Shown: positions 42,341 to 55,227 of the stretch, in pieces | How the letters are laid out: every line of letters starts with the position of its first letter | How positions within the stretch are numbered: position 1 is the stretch's first letter | From: Kofleriaceae bacterium | Lineage (GTDB): Bacteria > Myxococcota_A > Polyangia > Haliangiales > Haliangiaceae | Direction: 5' to 3' | Assembly (NCBI GenBank): GCA_965215005.1 | Contig: CBDCCZ010000001.1 | Location: 96,001-160,000, forward strand | DNA length: 64,000 nucleotides | The notes under the pieces: model-generated | Seen by the model: the letters and a program-made list of their open reading frames with translations, nothing else | Told to the model about the DNA's origin: nothing | The model's database searches: none | Position numbers and translations under genes: made by a program

Positions 42341-44035
42341 TCAACTCACTCGCAACAGACCATCGATCACGGCGCGGGTTCGGGTCATCGGTTGCCCCCC
42401 GACAGTCACACAAGGGACGTCACGACTGGTGAACACTTGCTCGAGCCAGTCGCCCTGCAATCCATGGCTCGACATGCTTTTGTCGATGATGGCCACGTCT
42501 GGACCACGAGGTTCGAGATCGGCGAGCCGTACCAGCACACCGGGGTCGCTGCTCGCGGTCACGGAATAGCCAACGGCGGTGAGGCCGTCGACCAACGCGT
42601 TGAGGTATTCGGCGGATGCGCCAACGACGACGCACTTGTCGGTGCGCCGACGGATGCGGTCGAGCAGCTCGCGATAACGTCGCTCGTCGCGCCCGCCGAG
42701 CTCGACGATGTGAACGCCAAACCCGCTGCGCAGGCCGCGCTCGGCTGCCGCTTCGTCATCGAGATGACGCATGATTCGGGCGCAGCCGCATATCGGAGCA
42801 TCGCCATTCTCGAGCGGCAGCCGAAATCGCAGCTCACGATCGTCGAGAACTCGCGAAGCGGCCAAGAACATGCCAGAGGCCGATAGATCCAGCGCATCGG
42901 CAGCAAAGCCGGCGGCGCCGGAGCCGACCCGTATCGGCCACAGCACCGGAAAGCGCACTGCTCCACGCGGCGGCGGCGGCTTGATGGTGACGCCGGCTTC
43001 GCGGGCTCGTCGCAGGAGCTCGATGAGCTGGCGCCGCGCCGGCGTGTCGTCCTGCGGGAAGCGCACCGCAAAGCCACTCGAGCCGGTCGTGGCCGCGTCT
43101 TCCGCCGTGGTGACGTGATGAACGAGCCCGCGCACCATTGCACCCCACTGTCCAAAGCCAAGCGCGACGTGAACCGCATCGGCCAGACGCGGCGGCGCCC
43201 CGGTTACGAGATAGGCGCCGCGCGCGCTGAGGGAACGCAAACGAGCCGGAACCCATTGTCCTCCGCGTAGAAAGCGCACATCGATCCGCCCTGGGTCACT
43301 GAAAGCAGGCGAGGGCGGCGGGCGCAGGCCATCGTCACGTCTGCCGATGAGAGTGCCAGTGCGCGCAGACGAACCCGCGGCTCCCTCGCGAGGGGGCAGG
43401 GCAGCGTCGGTTGGCGCTGCGGGAACGTTCTGTAAGAGCGATGCGTCAGGCGAGGGCTCCGACGGCGATATGGAACCGAGCCGGCGGGTTTCGCGCGTCA
43501 CAGGCGCAGGAGTGGTGGACGGAAACACCGTGTGGGTCAAAAGCGCCCCCGGCGGCTGAACCAAGACGCCAGCGGTGGGCGAGTCCGCTTCAGCCCCGAC
43601 GTCGGCTTTCAACATACGTTGGCAGGTCGAGGCGTCCTCGAGTGGGCTCACGAGGCCGAGCGCGATCCCTAGCTCCGCGAGCGCCTCGGGCGCGCTTCCG
43701 CAGTCCTGCAACCGAATGTCGTACTCGGCGAGATACAGGTCGAAGAAGGTGCGGCGGTCGTGCTCGTCGAGCTGGCTTGGCTCCAGGACGGACAGGCCGA
43801 TGCTAGAGGCGGAGCGGAGGGTCTGATGGCGCACACCGGCGGCGAACGCATCAGGATCGAAGCGCAGCCCGAGGAGGGCGACATCGGTTTCGGAGCGATA
43901 GTAGATGTCTACGCGCAAAAGCGCTGCCGTCGGCAGCTCACCCAGGGGGGCGATCGCTGCGAACACCTCATCGAACGCTGGCGAGAGCGGTTCGAGGACG
44001 AGAAATAATTCGGAGGCAGGGACCGCGAGCATCAT
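42341..44035 (-). CDS. tandem PilZ-domain protein with degenerate receiver-like C-terminus
   Basis: RSLSARGAYL and RGAVRFPV...DLSASGMFL (RxxxR, DxSxxG); GFGVHI. Confidence 0.75.
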   Translation of the reverse strand: MMLAVPASELFLVLEPLSPAFDEVFAAIAPLGELPTAALLRVDIYYRSETDVALLGLRFDPDAFAAGVRHQTLRSASSIGLSVLEPSQLDEHDRRTFFDLYLAEYDIRLQDCGSAPEALAELGIALGLVSPLEDASTCQRMLKADVGAEADSPTAGVLVQPPGALLTHTVFPSTTPAPVTRETRRLGSISPSEPSPDASLLQNVPAAPTDAALPPREGAAGSSARTGTLIGRRDDGLRPPPSPAFSDPGRIDVRFLRGGQWVPARLRSLSARGAYLVTGAPPRLADAVHVALGFGQWGAMVRGLVHHVTTAEDAATTGSSGFAVRFPQDDTPARRQLIELLRRAREAGVTIKPPPPRGAVRFPVLWPIRVGSGAAGFAADALDLSASGMFLAASRVLDDRELRFRLPLENGDAPICGCARIMRHLDDEAAAERGLRSGFGVHIVELGGRDERRYRELLDRIRRRTDKCVVVGASAEYLNALVDGLTAVGYSVTASSDPGVLVRLADLEPRGPDVAIIDKSMSSHGLQGDWLEQVFTSRDVPCVTVGGQPMTRTRAVIDGLLRVS

Positions 44036-44309
44036 CCGTGAAGTGTTGGGTTCAGCAACTGGGATACCCGCCGATGGGTTAGTAACGGTGAACGCACCTC
44101 TAGGGTATAGTTCGGCGTTGAAACGGCGAAGTACGTCACGTCCTTGGTACGTCGAGGTGGTCCTGCAACGCCCGGGAGTGCGGCCCTGAAACCCCGTCCG
44201 CTGTGAAGTTGGCGAAAACTACGGATCTTGCGAACCTCCGTCGAGACCGTAGATTATTGAGAAGCCCCTCGGCGACCGTCTTTCATTCTACCGTTGGAGC
44301 CCATCCTCC

Positions 44310-46784
<2,475 letters not shown>

Positions 46785-46820
46785 CCCTGCAGCGGCCTCC
46801 GAGTCGCCGACTTCCGCGCG

Positions 46821-46962
46821 CGCCCAGCGCGCGCGGGAGCCGGTCGAACGAGCGACTCATTGAGCAGTATCAACAGGGCTCCCAGCGCGTGCGCGGAAGC
46901 CGGTCGAACCAGCGGCTCAGTCAGCAGTATCAACGGGGCGCCCAGCGCGTGCGCGGGAGCCG
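46821..46962. repeat. imperfect 60-bp tandem repeat (about 2.4 copies)
   Basis: units at 46821, 46881 and 46941 share CCCAGCGCG.GCGCGG.AGCCG; the first two also share GTCGAAC...CAGTATCAAC. Confidence 0.85.
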
Positions 46963-47441
46963 CGGCGCGCAAACACCTTGCGTCCGCTGGTGTACACGTG
47001 TCTGCCCGCCATCGCCTCATCGTGCCAGCTCATGGCTAGACTGCGGCGATGCTCGTCACCTTTGCTGGCGACAGCGCGGCCCGCTGCTCAGAGCCTCACA
47101 CGACGACTTACGACGAGCCGGCGCTCGCCTAGCCCTCGAGCTACAGCGCCAACCACTCCACTGCCACCGCTACCCTGCCGTCATAAGCGAGTCCAGCGTC
47201 CCGACGGGGCGACGCGGGCGGCCGTGCTTCAAGCGGGAACGCCCTCCGCGTTGACCTCAACCCCCGTCCTCTCCTCCCGCCGCTTCCCGCTGTTTGCACC
47301 TGGCACCGACGGCGTAGAGCTGCGCCACTTCCGACGCGCCCCAGACAGCGAAACACGAAGAGCGTCACCCGCGTAGCTCGGGCGCATGTCGCGCGCCGCG
47401 CGGCCGAGATGCGCGCCCGAAGATTTTCCGCCACACACCGA

Positions 47442-47470
47442 TTGACAGCCTCCCGCCACTACGCTAGAAC
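47442..47470 (+). promoter_or_regulatory. sigma70-type promoter of the tRNA operon
   Basis: TTGACA-N17-TAGAAC, 25 nt upstream of tRNA-Val. Confidence 0.75.
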
Positions 47471-47494
47471 GTCCTCCGCCTCACACAGAGGTCC

Positions 47495-47569
47495 GGGCGG
47501 ATAGCTCAGTGGGAGAGCGCCGCCCTTACAAGGCGGTGGCCGTAGGTTCGACCCCTACTCCGCCCACCA
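47495..47569 (+). tRNA. tRNA-Val(TAC)
   Basis: GGGCGGA/TCCGCCC acceptor stem, CCGCC-CTTACAA-GGCGG anticodon arm, GGTTCGA T-loop, encoded CCA. Confidence 0.96.
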
Positions 47570-47600
47570 ATCCGACCCGCACATCAGCAAAAGTTCCATT

Positions 47601-48950
<1,350 letters not shown>

Positions 48951-49157
48951 TTGCCGCCCTTTATCCGTTCGATGACCGATTTAAGCTGAGCGGCCCCGTA
49001 TCCGCCTCAAGCTCGATAGCTGAGCTCGCTCAGACTTTCTGCTGCCGCGGTGCCTGGGAGGAATGGTGCACCGAGCTTCGTGCGGCGGCAACCATTCCTC
49101 GCAGACGCGCTAGGGGAGCTGTTTGTGTCGCGATCGTCCGATGCCTTTTCTGCGCCA

Positions 49158-49496
49158 TCAACCCTTCGCCGATAGCAGATCCAGCGCTCGCCGCGTCACG
49201 TCGGAGCGCGATCCTTGCTGCGGCGAAGCGTCCTCCTGCGACAATGATTGCAACGCGTCGTGTCGCACGCGCACGAGCCCTTGGAAACGGTGAGCCCTAA
49301 GTCTGCCCGTCTTAATCCAGCGACCTATGGTCTTGCTACTCACTCGGAGATAATCCGCTGCCTCTGCGATTGTGAACATTCGGTCTGCATCACATGAGGT
49401 GGCAGCGTTGTCCTGAAGCAGATGCACGTCTTGACGAAGGACTTCGCGCAGTTCTTCGCGGACGAGCGCTCGGAGAGCTTGTTCAAGTATGGACAT
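49158..49496 (-). CDS. excisionase-like HTH_17 DNA-binding protein
   Basis: MFTIAEAADYLRVSSKTIGRWIKTGRLRA....VRV; directly upstream of the integrase. Confidence 0.85.
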   Translation of the reverse strand: MSILEQALRALVREELREVLRQDVHLLQDNAATSCDADRMFTIAEAADYLRVSSKTIGRWIKTGRLRAHRFQGLVRVRHDALQSLSQEDASPQQGSRSDVTRRALDLLSAKG

Positions 49497-49610
49497 GCGA
49501 TGATTTCCTTGACGGAATATAGCGTTCCGCTGAATTGATCGCGGTAATCGGGGAGAGTGGCAGGCGCCGCAGAAGCTTCGCGGCTGCGACGCCTGCCGTT
49601 TCCTGCCGAT

Positions 49611-50081
49611 CTAGTTCTGCTGTCCGCGGTGCGGGTTGATCAGTGGGATGTAGATGGCCCACGCTCGGTCCAGGAGCGGGCGGTCTTCTTCGAAGTAGGA
49701 GTTGAGGTAGCGCTTGACGCTGCCGACGCGTCGGATGCTCTTCAGCGGGAGGTGGCCGCGGTAGTACGTGTAGATCTCCCGTACGACCTGGCCGAATGCG
49801 CTGCGGTGCTTGCGCAGCTGTCCGCGCGAGACCCCTTGCTCGCGCAGGTATTGGGTGAGGTCCAACATCCCTGGGTCTTCCGTCACTGCGACACCGGCTA
49901 TAGCGGCTACCAGGAAGTGGCGTGCCGTTCGCAGCCAGCGCGGGTCGAGTTGCACGCCGCGATCGAAGGCTTTGCTGACGTCTCGCGCGTGTCGTTGCAT
50001 GACCTCGAGCGCCTGCTGCATCGAGTAGTGGCGGTTGTATTCGCGTTGTATATCGTTGCTGGTGTAGCTGAGCATGGTCAT
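49611..50081 (-). CDS. hypothetical protein with phage antirepressor C-terminal-like domain
   Basis: SAFGQVVREIY...G..P...RRV....RYLNSYFEEDRPLLDRAW; GAGGAGG RBS. Confidence 0.55.
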   Translation of the reverse strand: MTMLSYTSNDIQREYNRHYSMQQALEVMQRHARDVSKAFDRGVQLDPRWLRTARHFLVAAIAGVAVTEDPGMLDLTQYLREQGVSRGQLRKHRSAFGQVVREIYTYYRGHLPLKSIRRVGSVKRYLNSYFEEDRPLLDRAWAIYIPLINPHRGQQN

Positions 50082-50086
50082 CCTCC

Positions 50087-50813
50087 TCAGAACGGGATCT
50101 GGTCTTGGTGTTGAGTCGCGTGGTCTTGGAGTTCCCAGGCGTGCAGAACTTGCTCTGCCGCGGTGAGCTTGGCGGCGGGCAGATCGGTGAGCTTTTGCAG
50201 GCTGAACATGTCGAGGAACATGGCGCTGCGGAGGTTGGGGAGGGCTTTGAGGCGGTTGTAAAGGCTCTCTGCGGTGGGTCTGTCGATGACGGCGGCGGCG
50301 GCGCGGGTGTGATCGCTGATCGCGGTGTCGTTGTGTGGGGCGTCGTCGTCGGTGCTGAGGATGCGCGGGAGGTCGAGAAGCTCGAGCTGGGTGATGGCCT
50401 GGCGCTCGTCGTCGGTGAGCGGGCGGTCTGGGAACATCCAGTATTTGGTGGCGGTGTCGCCGCGGGCGCCCTGGCGCTGGATTTCGATGGCCATGGCATC
50501 AAGGGAGACTCTGTCGCGGAGCTTGAGCAGGCCCTCGAAGGTTTGGCCGCTCATCTCGAAGATGCCGAGACGTTGGGTCTGCAGGTCGTAGAGCTGCACG
50601 GCGGACGCGGGTGGCGGGACGCTTGCCAACAGCGAGGCCCTCGGGGCTATCGGCCGGGACGTATTTGCTGCCGGTCCAAATCACTTCGTAGCCGTGCGGC
50701 TCGCCAACCACGGCGGCGACTAGTTTGTCTCCGTCATTGGTCAAGCGAATGAACATGCCGGGGCCGCTGTTCTTGGCGGCGAGTTCTTGGGCTTTCTTCC
50801 ATGCGTCTGTCAT
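50087..50813 (-). CDS. phage-type ssDNA-binding-like protein with a +1 frameshift near 50603
   Basis: MTDAWKKAQEL...FIRLTNDGDK...RPATRV joins AVQLYDL...EIQRQGARGDTATKY if one C is removed; ends DQIPF; AAAGGA RBS. Confidence 0.6.
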
Positions 50814-50832
50814 CTGAGTTCCTTTCATCTGG

Positions 50833-51645
50833 TCAACTGGCAAATCGGTAGGTGTCGTTTTGGTTGGCCGCGTGTTGTCGACCTCTAACGAGGTAGAGGC
50901 AGCTGGCGACGGCGATGGGGACACGCGACGTCGAAAAAATTTCGACAGCGCGTTGAAAAAGGCGCGCACGGCGACGCTTGATGCGTTGGTAGCTGCGTTC
51001 GTCGTTGCCGCAGTCACTGGCCAAGGCGCGAAGCGATCGCGCCTCGGGCTGGCCCTCGATCAACAGCTCGATGTCTTCGGCGGTGAAATGGGAGGCGAGG
51101 AGTCCTCGAACCGCGGTCGCCATGGCTTGTGGCTTTGGTGATGGCGGCGGGGCGTGGAGGCGAACCATGGAGAGTTCGACGAGGTGCTCGTGCGGCGGCG
51201 CGATCGCGTGCAGCTCGCGATGGAAGCGTCGGTCGGCGGCGCGGCAGAGGTTGCGGACGACGCAGCGGCCTTCGCCAGCGACCGGAAAGCGCGCCATGGC
51301 TTCGAGAAAGGCAAAGAGAACAATCGAATCGACCGGCTCGTTGCGCCCTCCTAAGCAGGCGGTGGAGCGCAGCCGCTTCAGATGCGGCATGAAGACGCAG
51401 ATGCCGATGGCCTGATAGACCGGCTCGCGCTCGGCTTGGCTGGCAGCGAGCAGTGCGCGCAAGAGCGGCGTGGCGTCTGTGAACGCGCGGGCGAGAAGCG
51501 AGGTCTCGAGCGTCTTGAGAAGTGAGGCGGGAGAGCGGTGCGCGGCAAGGAGCGGATGGCGGTGCTTGGTCGCCGCGAACACGGCGCGGTAGGAATCGTG
51601 TTCGAGCTCTGCGCGCAGGGCGCAATCCACCTGTTCGAGCCACAT
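50833..51645 (-). CDS. divergent sigma70/ECF-like factor of the element
   Basis: region-2-like DSIVLFAFLEAMARF...RNLCR; region-4-like FTAEDIELLI..Q..RSLRALA....SYQRIKRRRARL; GGAGAGG RBS. Confidence 0.55.
   Translation of the reverse strand: MWLEQVDCALRAELEHDSYRAVFAATKHRHPLLAAHRSPASLLKTLETSLLARAFTDATPLLRALLAASQAEREPVYQAIGICVFMPHLKRLRSTACLGGRNEPVDSIVLFAFLEAMARFPVAGEGRCVVRNLCRAADRRFHRELHAIAPPHEHLVELSMVRLHAPPPSPKPQAMATAVRGLLASHFTAEDIELLIEGQPEARSLRALASDCGNDERSYQRIKRRRARLFQRAVEIFSTSRVPIAVASCLYLVRGRQHAANQNDTYRFAS
50895..50923 (-). promoter_or_regulatory. element motif TGTCCCC-N15-TGCCTCT, copy 1
   Basis: TGTCCCCatcgccgtcgccagcTGCCTCT on the minus strand, about 80 nt upstream of the SSB-like ATG. 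Confidence 0.7.
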
Positions 51646-52004
51646 GTCGACCTCCTCTCCGCGGGGCGGAAGCCAATGGCATCGACGCCTCGCGGTGGTT
51701 GTGCAGGCGGCCTGTCCGCCTGCGTGGAAGTCACCGTAGATCTGCCTGAGGACGCGCTGAGGAATCGTGAGGATTCACGAGGATTCAGCGTGATTACAGA
51801 TGCTTACGGCTGAATATTTTTGTCGCCGAGCCTGGCGCTGCCTTGGCGGAGGGGCCCTCGCATCGGGCTGGGCGGGGACCAGAGACGTCCACGGGCCGAT
51901 CTGCACCCGCGGCTTTCGGGGCTCAAGTTGGCAGGCCGCTTCACCGATCCAGGAGGAGCCAGGTTCGAGTACCGACTCTCTACGTCAACAAGGTGGTTTT
52001 TAGG

Positions 52005-52721
52005 TTGTCCACGTCCTCGAAGTTATTGATCGCGGCGCTACCGCTACTGCTTGTTCCAGCGTGTGTCATTGAGCAACCGGAGGAACCTGCAGACCCGACG
52101 TCGCCAACTGCGCCGACCTCGCCCACTGCGCCGACGTCGCCGAATGCGCCTACTGCGCCGACGTCGCCCACTGCGCCGACGCCACCGGCGGAGCCTCAGC
52201 TGGTGACCGTGCTGATTACCGAGGTTATGGTTGGTCCTGGCACTGTTGACGGCATGGCGTGGGATGGCTCGAGGGCGATCGATCCGGCGCTCATTCGGCA
52301 GATTGCTTCAGCGCTGCTTTCCATCGACCCGTGGAGTGCCGTGATCGCGATCCTCGGCGGCGGCCTGCTCGATTACTACGAGAGCCCAGATCCGTATGGA
52401 TGGGCAGAAATCTCGGTCGGAGGCGTCTTCTATCCGGAAGCGGCGTGGTGGTTAGCGACGGAGGTAGACAATGCCGAGGACACGTACATCATGGCGACGC
52501 AAGGCGGGTGGGAAGGTGTCCCTCTTGATGAGGATGTGCGGATTGCCGTCACTCTCTACGATGAAGACCTGGTGAACGATGACTACATGGGCCGCGTCGA
52601 GCTCAACTCGCAAGACCTTCGGGCTGCGTTGAACGCGCGGCGAATTTACGCGGTTCCCGTCCACGCTCAGAGTAGCAACCAGCTTCTCTTCGTTCGGATC
52701 AGCGTCACTGAGACGCCTTAG
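52005..52721 (+). CDS. lipoprotein with Pro/Thr repeats and C2-like domain
   Basis: LVPAC lipobox; PTSPTA repeats; VTLYDEDLVNDDYMGRVEL; TTG start inferred. Confidence 0.65.
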   Translation: MSTSSKLLIAALPLLLVPACVIEQPEEPADPTSPTAPTSPTAPTSPNAPTAPTSPTAPTPPAEPQLVTVLITEVMVGPGTVDGMAWDGSRAIDPALIRQIASALLSIDPWSAVIAILGGGLLDYYESPDPYGWAEISVGGVFYPEAAWWLATEVDNAEDTYIMATQGGWEGVPLDEDVRIAVTLYDEDLVNDDYMGRVELNSQDLRAALNARRIYAVPVHAQSSNQLLFVRISVTETP

Positions 52722-52765
52722 AGCCGTGATCTTTCACAGCAGACTGCCGCGATTGGCTCGTCCTC

Positions 52766-53879
52766 CTACCGCTTCAGAAACGGCTCGTCGGGGCTCAGTA
52801 GGACCGCCCAGCGCAGGTCTGCGGGCGGTCGAAAGGTCACCGTCTTCTGGCCTTCGGCGGTGTGGAAAGAGCGCCATTGGGTGCGGCCGAGGCGGACGTC
52901 GACGGCGGGACGGCCGCGTTTGACGGGGCCGATTGGATGGCGCATGTCGTCGGGGATCGAGCGGAGTCGCCGCAGGGTTGGCTGCTCGCGGCGGCGGTAG
53001 ATGAGCTCGGCGAGGACGCGCGCTTCGATGGGTAGGATGGTGCTGGTGACCCATTCGCCATCGGCGCGCTTGCCGACGGAGACGCGGCCGGCGCGCACAG
53101 AAGCAAGGTCGATGAGGAGGTCGAGGTCGGTGGTCTCGATGATTGCGCGATATTGGTCGTGCGTAAGGGAGCGCTCGCCGTCGTGACTGATCGCCAGGCA
53201 ATGCGCCTCGGGCTTCTGCGCAACGTGCGCAGCCAGCGGCGTTGGAAGTCGCTCCGCCACCTCGCGCGCGAGCAGCACATCGCCGACGGCGACGAGCTCG
53301 CGTTCGCACACGCGCAGCTCCACGCCCTGATGGCGAGTTTTGCTGAAGTAACTCGGGCGTGAGCGAGCTGGCCGTGGGAATTGCCACGGTCATGGGTCCG
53401 CCTAACTGCAAGTGCAGCGCGCTCAGAGATGGATGCGGATCGGGACCGAGGAGCAACACCGCGGGCTGCGGAAGGCCGTCTCGACCGGCGCGCATGCCGA
53501 GCGAGCAGAGGTCGATTCGGCCGAGCACGGGGCCGCCGATTGCTCCATCGTATTGCCATGCATGCGCGATGGCGTTGGCGACGGCCGCCAAATCGAGCCG
53601 CCAGACCAGGAGCGCATCGCGCGTGAGTTGCAACGTCTCGCAGAGGCCGGCGTCGCAAACGGCCACCAGGTCATCATGGCCGTGCTGAACCACGCGCCGC
53701 GGACATCGTGAGTTCGCGCGGAGTGTGCAGGGATAGCGTTGGGCGAGCGCCTCTTCGGGAATCAGCCACGGCTCGATGACGGCGAGCTCATCGCCCAGGC
53801 GCTCACGCCAAGTTGCTTTCGTGCCGGGCGAGCGCAGATTCGAGCTCAGGTAGCGCCACAGCCTAGACAGCGATTGCAT
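52766..53879 (-). CDS. Cys-containing hypothetical protein of the element with a +1 frameshift near 53340
   Basis: YPC......CPRRVVQH..DDLVAVCD...C; LQQ joins TRHQGVELRVC if one A is removed. Confidence 0.6.
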
Positions 53880-55026
53880 GCGATGTGCCCGGAGCCGCGC
53901 AGAAACCGCGTGCGATCAGCCACGTCTCGACCAGCTCCGCATCTTCATTGCGCGTGTACGAGGCGCCGCTGGCGCCCTCGAGCTTGACGGTGCGAGGTGC
54001 TCGAGCGCCGGCGAACTTGAGACGGAACGTCGCGGAATGGATGTCTGCGTCCGGCGGGATGGCATGACCCGTTCTCGTCATGCAGCGAAACAGATCCGGG
54101 GCGCGACGGTCGACGTGCTCGATCTGCTCCCCGTGGTCGAACACGAGCCGCACGTGGATGAGCCGTGCCCATTCCAGACCAGGAATGTCGCTGCAAACGA
54201 GCGACTCGGCTCCCGCGCGCAGTGGCTTCATCGTGTACTTGGCGTGCGGCAACGCCTCGGCATCGTCGAAGAGGTGCTCGCCAAAGACCGTTCGATAGAC
54301 GCCGAGCAAACGCGGCGTGTTGGTGTTGATGGCCAGCTCGCGCGTCTCCGGATCGACCTCGATCAAATCGTAGACCTCGGGGCGGAAGCGCACGCGGCGT
54401 GAGGCGCCGTCCTCGTCGATGGCGCCCTCGACCTTGAGCGGATCGCCGCGCCGCACGATGACGACCAGGCGCTGCTCTCGCATGCGCGAGAAGACTTCCA
54501 CCGAGGCGCTTCGTTTGCGCTGGGCAAGCGTCTCGCCGAGCTGCTCCTTTAGGATGGCCCATTGCCGGCTTGAGAGCGTTGCGCGCGGCGCTGCGATGCC
54601 TTTGCGCGCGCAGAGGTAAACGAACTTTCGCCGTCGACGCACCGCCTGCTCGGCGTGAACGCGCTCGAGAAGCTGCGGAGCCCAGACGCGCGTGGCTGCC
54701 GCGACATCGGCCGGTGTCACCGCATCGGTCTCGAGCAGCCAACGCTGGAGGGGCGCGTGCTCGCCATCGATCTGCTGGAGCAGCTGGTCCATGGCGGCCG
54801 GAGTCGCCATCTCGGCGATGAAGCACAGATCTTCCGCAAGCCGTTCGGGAAGGTCGACATCCGCTGGCAGCCGGGCCAGCGCGTCGGCATCGACGAGCTC
54901 GTTGGCATCGCTGCCCAGATGCGTCGCGAAGAAGTCACGGTACGGCGCGAAGAGCGCGTGAAGGAGCTGGGGCGCTTGAACCTGGGCCACCACGCGTGCG
55001 AGGTGCGGGAAGAGAAACGAAGCCAT
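53863..55026 (-). CDS. conserved hypothetical protein of integrative elements
   Basis: 387-aa ORF with FIAEMATP..MDQLL, VRFRPEVYD, KYTMKPLR, VETWLIARGF; overlaps the downstream gene. Confidence 0.75.
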   Translation of the reverse strand: MASFLFPHLARVVAQVQAPQLLHALFAPYRDFFATHLGSDANELVDADALARLPADVDLPERLAEDLCFIAEMATPAAMDQLLQQIDGEHAPLQRWLLETDAVTPADVAAATRVWAPQLLERVHAEQAVRRRRKFVYLCARKGIAAPRATLSSRQWAILKEQLGETLAQRKRSASVEVFSRMREQRLVVIVRRGDPLKVEGAIDEDGASRRVRFRPEVYDLIEVDPETRELAINTNTPRLLGVYRTVFGEHLFDDAEALPHAKYTMKPLRAGAESLVCSDIPGLEWARLIHVRLVFDHGEQIEHVDRRAPDLFRCMTRTGHAIPPDADIHSATFRLKFAGARAPRTVKLEGASGASYTRNEDAELVETWLIARGFCAAPGTSHAIAV

Positions 55027-55189
55027 CGATCAATCCTGGGTAGGGGTGGTCGTACAGAGGTTCTACCCGGGGGGAGCGACACGTATTGCCGCTGCCTTCC
55101 TCTGAACCGCACTTTGCCAACTCCAGCCACATCGACGGAGGGATCGGCTCGAGCAGCGACAGAAAAAACGCAAAAAACGACCGCGTCGA

Positions 55190-55218
55190 TGTCCCCATGC
55201 GCTCTTGGCACTGCCTCT
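55190..55218 (+). promoter_or_regulatory. element motif TGTCCCC-N15-TGCCTCT, copy 2
   Basis: TGTCCCCatgcgctcttggcacTGCCTCT preceded by two A6 tracts; 10 nt before the helicase ATG. Confidence 0.75.
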
Positions 55219-55227
55219 CCCCCTGCT

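Noticed and set aside
46821..46962. Possible CRISPR array
   Set aside because: The whole 60-bp unit repeats, there are no unique spacers, and no cas operon is present.
51960..51976. GGTTCGAGT as a tRNA fragment or distal att site
   Set aside because: The match to tRNA-Asp is only 9 nt, the flanks differ, and no cloverleaf forms.
54655..55227. Long N-terminal extension of the helicase ORF
   Set aside because: It overlaps the opposite-strand gene and the promoter motif; helicase motifs begin only after 55228.
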